A stretch of DNA of 64,000 bases from an uncultured bacterium (GTDB lineage Bacteria > Cyanobacteriota > Cyanobacteriia > Cyanobacteriales > JASJDA01), in assembly GCA_964458305.1 (NCBI GenBank), contig CAYWIH010000004.1:10844-74843 (forward strand), in the 5' to 3' direction. The position numbers were made by a program, and so were the translations under genes. Every line of letters begins with the position of its first letter. Position 1 is the first letter of the stretch. The notes below the pieces were generated by a model, which did no database searches, was not told the DNA's origin, and saw only the letters and a list, made by a program, of their open reading frames with translations. This document shows, piece by piece, positions 10,245-16,825 of this stretch.

Positions 10245-10982
10245 TTAAATAAATACAAGTGGCTTATCTTTTAAAGGGGCAAAAGCTTCGGCATCAAAAC
10301 GATACAAACTAGCGGGACGACCCGCACCGCGAGATACTTTTACCCCAGTGTCGCAAAGAATTCCTAGTTTTAATAATTTCGACCTAAAATTAGAATAATC
10401 GGCAAAATTTTCCCCTAAAACCGTACAATAAAGCTGATAAATATCGTTTAAAGTAAACTCATTTGGCAGCACGTCAAAAGCGATCGGACTGTATTCTAAT
10501 TTGTTTCGCAAACGACGATAACCGTATTCTAAAATTCGCTCGTGATCGAAAGCCAGATCGGGGACTTGTTGGACTACATACCATGCAGTAAAGTTATCTT
10601 TGCCAGAGATTAATTTGGCTTCTTCAAACCTAATTAAAGCAAAATAACTAACAGATAGATAGCGTACTCCAAAACTTTCAGGAGACTCTCTCGGATCGCG
10701 ATCGGGCCCCCCAAAAGTATAAAGTTGTTCTAAATAAAGATGATTGACGCAGATTTTTTCTGCTAAAATTCTCCGGGCAGCACTTTTTAAAGATTCTCCT
10801 TGACGGACTAAAGTGCCTGGCAAACACCAATAATTAGCAAAGGGTTCGTCTTGGCGTTTAATTAAGAGGACTAAAAGTCGATTGTGCTTGGTATCGACGG
10901 AGAAAATAACATTATCGACCCCCACTTTAAAATCGGCTAATAAGTGTTTTTTTCCTGCGGTGGTGCTGCCTTCTGCCATCAA
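10245..10982 (-). CDS. nrtR: Nudix-related transcriptional regulator NrtR (degenerate Nudix domain plus C-terminal winged helix)
   Basis: 245 aa. The Nudix box is degenerate (GTLVRQGESLKSAARRILAEKICV lacks the REUXEE glutamates). The C-terminal FTLNDIYQLYCTVLGENFADYSNFRSKLLKLGIL...GAGRPASLYRF is the NrtR wHTH signature. The ATGA overlap with nadD suggests translational coupling. Confidence 0.8.
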   Translation of the reverse strand: MMAEGSTTAGKKHLLADFKVGVDNVIFSVDTKHNRLLVLLIKRQDEPFANYWCLPGTLVRQGESLKSAARRILAEKICVNHLYLEQLYTFGGPDRDPRESPESFGVRYLSVSYFALIRFEEAKLISGKDNFTAWYVVQQVPDLAFDHERILEYGYRRLRNKLEYSPIAFDVLPNEFTLNDIYQLYCTVLGENFADYSNFRSKLLKLGILCDTGVKVSRGAGRPASLYRFDAEAFAPLKDKPLVFI

Positions 10983-11542
10983 TATAATTGTTCTTGTTTG
11001 ATATAATCTTTCACGGGGGAAGTTACTGCGTCTTTATCTCCTGCTTCGCGGTAAGCTGTCGAAGAAACTGCTGGAGGATCGAGATCGGCAACAGTTACTT
11101 TCGTGCCTAAATTCCGCAATGCTTGCAGATCCGTTTCTTGTATAGCATATCCCGGACGGGGTATTACTAAAATTTCTACTTTCGCTAATAATTGTTCTAT
11201 AGCATACCAGCGACGAATTTGACGAACTAAATCGGCCCCAATTACTAAAATATATCGATTGCGATCGCCCCATTTTTTTTGTGCTTTTTGGACGCTAATT
11301 AAAGTGCGTCGCTCGCTCAATTCTTGATGTAAGTTAATATTATTTCTGGGTTTATCGATTTCTTGAATTAATAACTCTAACATCTGGGTGCGATGTTCTA
11401 GTGGGGTTTGATGGGTTTTGAGGGGATTATCTGAAGCCCAAACTGCTACATAATCGTAGCGATCGCCGAGCCATTGGACAATTGTTTGATGTCCTGATGT
11501 TGGGGGATCTGCGCTAGTACCAAAAAGAGCAATATTTTTCAT
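10979..11542 (-). CDS. nadD: nicotinate-nucleotide adenylyltransferase
   Basis: 187 aa. N-terminal IALFGTSADPPTSGHQ is the nucleotidyltransferase (H/T)xGH motif. Sits within the NAD gene cluster. Confidence 0.85.
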   Translation of the reverse strand: MKNIALFGTSADPPTSGHQTIVQWLGDRYDYVAVWASDNPLKTHQTPLEHRTQMLELLIQEIDKPRNNINLHQELSERRTLISVQKAQKKWGDRNRYILVIGADLVRQIRRWYAIEQLLAKVEILVIPRPGYAIQETDLQALRNLGTKVTVADLDPPAVSSTAYREAGDKDAVTSPVKDYIKQEQLY

Positions 11543-11651
11543 TAGTTTTTTGTTAATTGAAGGTTTTATCGTAGAAAAGCCAAAAAATAGCCTAAAGATC
11601 GAGTAAAATCAATTATTCAAAGAGTCGTTTGAGTTCGAGACAGAAACGATT

Positions 11652-13028
11652 TTAATTGTGGGTACTCAAAGATAAACGAAGTCGATCTAAAGTGGGAGAT
11701 ATTTCTACTTCGATCGGTTCGGGTCGATCGATTTTACGGGTTTTTGGAGGTAAACTGGTTAATGTCGATCGGGTTCGTTGGGAAATAGTTGCTAAATTTT
11801 CAGGTTCTTCGATCGCTAATCCTTGTTTCATGACTAATTTTAATAAAGGTATTTCATTATCTTGAGGAGTTTCTGAAACTAAAGCAAGTCGATCGCGGCT
11901 AATTAAAGAATTATTGTAAGTGCGGAAAATTTGTTTGCGACCCGGATATGTTACTTTGCTGCTAGATTCTTTCATCGTAGCTATCCCGTCTACTTCGACG
12001 AGTTTATACACTCCATTAACTGGCTTTCCGGTGACTAATTTCGTTCCGATCCCGTAACCGTCGATCGGCGCATCTGCTGCTTTTAAACGGCTAATTTCCC
12101 ATTCATCCATGTCACCGCTGACAATAACCTTCGTATCTGGTAGAATATTTTTTACAGTTCGCGACATTTCCAGCAAATCTCCAGAATCGATTCTCACCCC
12201 TGCAAATTTTATTTTGCCTTCTTTTGCTTTTTCTGCCAGTCTTCGGGCTGCAGCTACGGTATCGTAAGTATCTATTAAGAAGATCGGATTTTGAAAATAA
12301 CGCTCGAAAGCAAAAAAGGCTTCGTCTTCGTTTTGAGAAATTGCTTTGAATGCCATTACTAAAGAATGGGCCATCGTACCGCTCGGTTGGCGACCTAATT
12401 TTAAAGCGGCTAAAACGTTAGAAGTCCCGTCCATTCCCCCAGCGATCGCCGCTCTAGCTGCCCAAATTGCTCCTTGCGGGCTAAAAGCTCTCCTGCTGCC
12501 AAATTCTAATAACTTTGCTTTTTCTCCTGCTAGATCGCGCATTCTGGCGGCTTTGGTGGCAATTAAAGTTTGATAGTTAATCGTATTGAGTAAATAGGTT
12601 TCTACTAACTGAGCTTGCCAAAGGGGTGCTTCTACTCTTAAGATCGGTTCGTTAGCAAAGATGGCCTCTCCTTCGGGTACTGCCCAAACATCTCCGGTAA
12701 ACTTGGTTTTAGCTAGGGTTTGCCAAAATTTTTCTGGGGCGCGATCGAAGATGCCGGTTTTTTGCAAGGCTGCTATTTGTGCGGGCTTAAACTGAAGCTT
12801 TTTTAAGTAATCTAAGGCTTGATTCAGTCCGGTTGCAATTAAATAGCCAAAATTTTCTGGTAAATGTCTGACAAACAGCTCGAAGCTGGCTGGCTTATTT
12901 GCTAAATTTTCCCCCGTATAGCAAGCAGCCATCGTCAGTTGATACAGATCTGTTAATAAGCTGTAATCTTCTGTAGTGATAGTTAATTCTCGATCTTCTC
13001 CGCTCGTCATTATTTTGTTATTTTGCAA
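11652..13028 (-). CDS. pncB: nicotinate phosphoribosyltransferase
   Basis: 458-aa ORF. LLTDLYQLTMAACY and the GSRRA / GTMAHS motifs are typical of the NAPRTase family. The track start at 13028 is a TTG; the ATG at 13010 (MTSGEDRE...) is the more likely true start. Confidence 0.9.
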   Translation of the reverse strand: MQNNKIMTSGEDRELTITTEDYSLLTDLYQLTMAACYTGENLANKPASFELFVRHLPENFGYLIATGLNQALDYLKKLQFKPAQIAALQKTGIFDRAPEKFWQTLAKTKFTGDVWAVPEGEAIFANEPILRVEAPLWQAQLVETYLLNTINYQTLIATKAARMRDLAGEKAKLLEFGSRRAFSPQGAIWAARAAIAGGMDGTSNVLAALKLGRQPSGTMAHSLVMAFKAISQNEDEAFFAFERYFQNPIFLIDTYDTVAAARRLAEKAKEGKIKFAGVRIDSGDLLEMSRTVKNILPDTKVIVSGDMDEWEISRLKAADAPIDGYGIGTKLVTGKPVNGVYKLVEVDGIATMKESSSKVTYPGRKQIFRTYNNSLISRDRLALVSETPQDNEIPLLKLVMKQGLAIEEPENLATISQRTRSTLTSLPPKTRKIDRPEPIEVEISPTLDRLRLSLSTHN

Positions 13029-13035
13029 TTTTTCT

Positions 13036-13060
13036 AATTATAGTAAATTTTACCATAATT
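13036..13060. promoter_or_regulatory. 25-bp near-perfect palindrome AATTATAGTAAA-T-TTTACCATAATT overlapping a minus-strand TATAAT box; candidate repressor (NrtR?) operator of the pncB operon
   Basis: The two 12-nt arms are complementary at 11 of 12 positions. The minus-strand TATAAT equals plus 13037-13042, about 27 nt upstream of the ATG at 13010. Confidence 0.4.
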
Positions 13061-13065
13061 GGCGA

Positions 13066-13103
13066 GACAATAAAATAAGCCTCCGGTTAGAGATCCCGGA
13101 GGC
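13066..13103 (-). terminator. rho-independent terminator (minus strand)
   Basis: 8-bp GC-rich stem GCCTCCGG (13079-13086) / CCGGAGGC (13096-13103) with a 9-nt loop. On the minus strand it is followed by TTATTTTATTG. Confidence 0.7.
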
Positions 13104-13330
13104 CGATCGAATTAATCGTTAAAGAGATTTTATGTTGTTTTTTAATAGCGGTTACTACCTACGGCCGTTCTGATAGAGAGTTTAATCTCTTTTCGGTAGT
13201 AATTAAGTGGAGGAAGCGATAGAAACTCCACAACGCCTTAATTTACCGCTTCCACGTTTGAAATCGCTCTCCTTCAACGCAGAATTAAGAAACACAACGG
13301 CGAAACTTTCAAGCGGTTTTATTTTTTCTC
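13104..13330 (-). ncRNA. candidate structured RNA (long 3' UTR of the upstream gene or an independent sRNA), family unknown
   Basis: No ORF on either strand. Nested hairpins: TTACTACC 13152-13159 with GGTAGTAA 13195-13202, and GTGGAG 13207-13212 with CTCCAC 13226-13231. Several segments offer mutually exclusive pairings. The stretch ends at the 13066-13103 terminator. Confidence 0.3.
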
Positions 13331-13417
13331 TTATATTAAAAACATAACAACGAATATATATAGCGATCGCAACTTTTAAAATTAAGTAACAAAATTAAGT
13401 TTAATAAAGAGAAATTT

Positions 13418-13870
13418 TTAAAAATTATCTCCGTCAAAATCCGTTAAATTTGGCGTAATTTCCGAGCGATCGGGGCAATTTTCATCTTCCCAACCGTAGG
13501 GATGCATGGCACAAACGAGTAAATTTCCGCCATAAATTCTCCCGTGATAGTTGCTGCAACCGATACAAGCGGGGTGTTTTTCTTGGGTTGGTTCTACTTT
13601 GGGATTGAGATAAAGATCCATATCTTCATCTAATTCTTCCAAACTTACCTCAAAATATTCTCGCTCGAAATCTTCTGGAGTAATGCTATCAAAAAAGGAT
13701 TCTATTTCAGCAAAAATCAAATTTTCTAGATCGTTTGCAACATCTTCTAAAGAATCTTTGCCTTCAGCGACGACAGTATCTAACAATTCACTAACATTAT
13801 TAAATAAAGCTTGACATTCTACGGTAACTAATTCTATGGTTGCGAGGAAATCTTGTTGCCATTTTTCCAT
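13418..13870 (-). CDS. acidic hypothetical protein with a C-terminal Cys/His cluster
   Basis: 150 aa. Strongly acidic N-terminal two thirds. C-terminal HPACIGCSNYHGRIYGGNLLVCAMHPYGWEDENCPD suggests metal binding. Confidence 0.65.
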   Translation of the reverse strand: MEKWQQDFLATIELVTVECQALFNNVSELLDTVVAEGKDSLEDVANDLENLIFAEIESFFDSITPEDFEREYFEVSLEELDEDMDLYLNPKVEPTQEKHPACIGCSNYHGRIYGGNLLVCAMHPYGWEDENCPDRSEITPNLTDFDGDNF

Positions 13871-13928
13871 ATTTTTTTGCTCGTCGATCGGCTCGAACGC
13901 TCCAACTTAAAATAAGAAAATAACTAAA

Positions 13929-14333
13929 CTAATCTTTTTTGAGACGACGCAATTCTTCTTGTAAAGATTGTACTTGTTCTCTTAAAGAATCCATATTATC
14001 GGAATTTTCCGTTGCTTTTGGCTTTTCCTCGCTAGAATTTTCATCTTCTGTAACGATTTCTATCAAACGAGGTTCTCTATTCCCTTCTTTTTTCTTATCT
14101 GCGTTAGAATCAGTTTGCTCTACTTGTTGTTGCTGAGCTTTCTTCATCATTTCTTCAACAAACTTGCGAGCTTCATCGGTGGTCATTTCCCCGCGATCGA
14201 CCATTTCGTCGGCTAATTTTTGAACTTGGGTTCTCAACTCGGCTAATTTACTACCTGCTTTTTCTGTGGCATACGAGGCGATTCCTACCCCCAAATATAT
14301 AGCTTTTTGAACTATATCTTTGAAATCTGGCAT
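13929..14333 (-). CDS. phasin-like (COG3937-type) coiled-coil protein
   Basis: 134 aa. The N-terminal FKDIVQKAIYLGVGIASYATEKAGSKLAELRTQVQKLADEMVDRGEMTTDEARKFVEEM pattern is recalled from phasin-family annotations. Family assignment was made by eye only. Confidence 0.5.
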   Translation of the reverse strand: MPDFKDIVQKAIYLGVGIASYATEKAGSKLAELRTQVQKLADEMVDRGEMTTDEARKFVEEMMKKAQQQQVEQTDSNADKKKEGNREPRLIEIVTEDENSSEEKPKATENSDNMDSLREQVQSLQEELRRLKKD

Positions 14334-14452
14334 CTTAGTTTTTGCTCCTTTGCACGATCGCTTTCTACTTCTAACTTTAGGATATGCAGCCAGTAATTAA
14401 CTACCCATAATTTTTTTGATAAATTTTGTGGCGATCTAACTCTTTAAAAATC

Positions 14453-14547
14453 AAAAGACCCGGTTGACACGCCTATTACAAGCATCCCGTATTGCTGCTA
14501 CTTCCGTCCTGACAAGATTAGGGCGTTGTAATCGCGTGTTCCGAGCC
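14453..14547 (-). ncRNA. ffs: signal recognition particle RNA (small bacterial 4.5S type)
   Basis: The minus strand reads GGCUCGGAACACGCGAUUACAACGCCCUAAUCUUGUCAGGACGGAAGUAGCAGCAAUACGGGAUGCUUGUAAUAGGCGUGUCAACCGGGUC. It contains the domain IV core GUCAGG-AC-GGAA-GU-AGCAGC (compare E. coli GUCAGGUCCGGAAGGAAGCAGC). The 5' and 3' arms pair: CUCGG/CCGGG, ACACGC/GCGUGU and AUUACAA/UUGUAAU. A TAAAAT -10 box lies at 14559-14554 and a U-run follows the 3' end. Confidence 0.8.
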
Positions 14548-14589
14548 GTTATTATTTTAGCACGAACCAGAGCTTCGAACCAAATTCAA

Positions 14590-15087
14590 TCAAAATTTAA
14601 TGCAGTTTGCTAAAGTAATCCCTAATTTAATTGAAAATAGACCCAAAACCGCACTACCGAGCCAATAAAAGACAAAAGTGGTACAATTGCCTTCGTTAAG
14701 TAGTTTGATGCTATCTAATTGGTAACTAGAGAAGGTAGTATAAGATCCTAAAAAGCCGACACCTAACCATAAAGCAAATTCTGGAGAGACTTTGAGAACT
14801 TGTTGGGTTATTAAGGTAACGAAAAAACCCATGACGATACAGCCTGTAATATTAACAAAAAAAGTACCGTAGGGAAAATTTACTCCAAATATTTTTGCGA
14901 ACCAGATACTAATATAATATCGAGATAACGCCCCAGCAATTGCACCCAAACTAATGACGATCGGCGTTCTGATTGATGGTTGTTGTAATGTTTGGCTGCT
15001 TGTAGATAATGCGATCGCTAATACTTCATCTAAAAATTTCATGCTTAATAGTGGATCGATACTAAAAAATATTTTACTTTTTAGCAA
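14590..15087 (-). CDS. crcB: fluoride ion channel CrcB/Fluc
   Basis: Four hydrophobic spans with GAIAGALSRYY and GFLGSYTTFSS motifs. At 165 aa the ORF is long for the family, so the true start is probably internal (for example the ATG at 15042). Confidence 0.85.
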   Translation of the reverse strand: MLKSKIFFSIDPLLSMKFLDEVLAIALSTSSQTLQQPSIRTPIVISLGAIAGALSRYYISIWFAKIFGVNFPYGTFFVNITGCIVMGFFVTLITQQVLKVSPEFALWLGVGFLGSYTTFSSYQLDSIKLLNEGNCTTFVFYWLGSAVLGLFSIKLGITLANCIKF

Positions 15088-15299
15088 CGGCGATCGCCAA
15101 TCTAATTTTGTAGATAATTCTTTTTCTGCTTGCTGGCTAGAGACAGATAATTATACCGTTTTTCCGACATTAATTAAGAGAGTTAATACAGCTAAAACCG
15201 TCGAGGTAGAAGGGATTATCCTTGAGATTTAAACCTTTGGCCGCTCCTAAATCTCCTCATCTCTACTTCTAAATTTTTCTGCTTATTTTAAAACGAGAA

Positions 15300-15581
15300 T
15301 TAATCGCTCTCGAGCGACTTTTGAGAAGTTTGACGAGATACTTTTTCCAGGACTAAATTTTTGTTGATATCAAAAATAAACTGATGTTTCTCTTTTGCTA
15401 ATGCTTGTAAATAAACTGTATTAACGTCTATGTTATCGCCATAGCGAAGATTTTTATTGCGATCGCGTCGTGCAGAAATTTTAGTCTTAATTTGATGATA
15501 AGAGAGATTTTCTCTGATTCCTTTTCTGGCGATCGCAGTTGCACTCATTTTTTTTATCGCGATTGAAACTTTACTCTTCAT
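15300..15581 (-). CDS. basic hypothetical protein
   Basis: 93-aa ORF with no recognisable motif and no obvious SD. Kept only because the locus is otherwise empty. Confidence 0.35.
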   Translation of the reverse strand: MKSKVSIAIKKMSATAIARKGIRENLSYHQIKTKISARRDRNKNLRYGDNIDVNTVYLQALAKEKHQFIFDINKNLVLEKVSRQTSQKSLESD

Positions 15582-15790
15582 ATCGATCTATAACTAAAGA
15601 TTCTTGACTATACTATCGGCATCATCATACAATATACCAACTCAACTGCGATCGCCGTCACATTTTTTAAGATTTTTTAAATAGTAGACCTTAAATTCTT
15701 GGTTTGAGCGATCGATTGGGACAATTGCAAGACAATTTATTGTAAACTTGCAAATAAATCCTGAGTGGTGGGTCTGCTAAGAAAATAGAG

Positions 15791-16189
15791 ATGATTTTAG
15801 GTTTCGATCCTGGTAGGGATAAATGCGGTTTGGCAGTAATGGGACGAGATGGGAAAATTTATTACCATCAAGTAGTAAATTCAAATGTGGTTATCGCGAC
15901 GATCGAACAATTATTTGTCAAATATTCCCCAGAAATATTAATTATGGGCGATCGCACCACTGCTAAAACTTGGCGGCAAAAAATAATCGAGAATTTAGAC
16001 CGAGCCACTGCTATCATTATGGTGGACGAACATAATAGCACTATAGAAGCCCGCGATCGCTATTGGCAAATTTATCCACCTCGAGGCTTGAGCAAACTAA
16101 TTCCAGTAGGAATGCGACTTCCTCCCCGTCCCGTTGACGATATTGTGGCGATCGTTTTAATCGAAAGATACCTTCAAGCAAATACCTAA
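15791..16189 (+). CDS. YqgF/RuvX-like RNase H-fold nuclease (resolvase-like)
   Basis: 132 aa. The N-terminal ILGFDPGRDKCGLAV resembles the G-D-G-R-G-A motif of YqgF/RuvC-fold nucleases. Confidence 0.55.
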   Translation: MILGFDPGRDKCGLAVMGRDGKIYYHQVVNSNVVIATIEQLFVKYSPEILIMGDRTTAKTWRQKIIENLDRATAIIMVDEHNSTIEARDRYWQIYPPRGLSKLIPVGMRLPPRPVDDIVAIVLIERYLQANT

Positions 16190-16207
16190 AAGTGATTCTT
16201 TTCTAGT

Positions 16208-16474
16208 TTAAATCTGCGATCGCAAAATAAAAGAGTAATCGCCTCCAGGCTCTAGTTGATAATCCCAACTCTCCAAAAAGCGACCTAAAGGTTCGAAAAT
16301 CAAAGCCCGGCCTAAAGAAGGTTCGACTAATAACTTGCGCTGTTGAAAGCACCACCGAAATTCCCATTGATAAGCTGCGGCACTTACCTCACCTTCTATT
16401 ATTCCTTCTTGCCAAGATCGATCGGTAACGCGCACGTAGGCAGTAGTTTCTGGCAACTGCTTAAAACAACTCAC
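16208..16474 (-). CDS. small conserved-looking hypothetical protein
   Basis: 88 aa with a GTG start. An AGGAGG and a TGTATAAT element lie just upstream. No motif recognised. Confidence 0.45.
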   Translation of the reverse strand: MSCFKQLPETTAYVRVTDRSWQEGIIEGEVSAAAYQWEFRWCFQQRKLLVEPSLGRALIFEPLGRFLESWDYQLEPGGDYSFILRSQI

Positions 16475-16825
16475 AACTAATTATACATTCCTCCTGCGAA
16501 CCTTTATATATTTTATTAATTAAATTATCGAATCGAGCGAGCTTTTTTGGTTGCTTATTTTACTTTAGGAGCAAAAAAAAGTTTTTTAGAAAACTTTAAT
16601 TCAGTAATAAAATACCTATAGGAATATGACATTTCTAAAATAATAGCCGGTCTAGATCGCCAAAAACTCAAAACTTAAAATCGAGATATCATCGCAATTA
16701 CTACTAATTATGACCCCAATCGAACGAAACTCGTCTTTATCTACTAGGACATAAAATAACAAAATATTATCTGAAAATGTGAATAAATAAAATACATTTA
16801 ACTTGAATTAATAAGCATTGCAATC

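Noticed and set aside
11034-11273. 79-aa same-strand alternative-frame ORF inside nadD; also 1011-1217 inside the permease and 7682-7879 inside the secreted-protein gene
   Set aside because: These are out-of-frame overlaps with better-supported genes, and their products are compositionally odd.
13011-13028. TTG-initiated six-codon N-terminal extension of pncB given by the ORF track
   Set aside because: The ATG at 13010 follows a plausible TATAAT and short leader. The extension would place the start inside the promoter/palindrome region. The track coordinates are kept in the feature table, with this caveat.
13104-13330. Tried to assign the structured spacer to 6S RNA, Yfr1-type sRNA, RNase P, tmRNA or a known riboswitch
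   Set aside because: I found no RNase P (GGAAAGUCC-type) or tmRNA hallmarks, and no match to the Yfr1 ACUCCUCACAC core as I remember it. A 6S-like end-to-end closing helix is not evident. Its identity is left open.
14954-15232. 92-aa plus-strand ORF spanning the crcB 5' end and its upstream region
   Set aside because: It overlaps crcB in antisense and the likely crcB promoter, and it has no RBS or motif.
15088-15299. Looked for a fluoride (crcB-motif) riboswitch upstream of crcB
   Set aside because: The minus-strand leader has hairpins (GAGAUUUA...UAAAUCUC, GGAUAAUCC) and a TATAAT (plus 15150-15155). I could not find the conserved fluoride-riboswitch core (the GGCGAUG-type P1 and CUGAUGA-type 3' element). 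An Infernal RF01734 scan would settle it.
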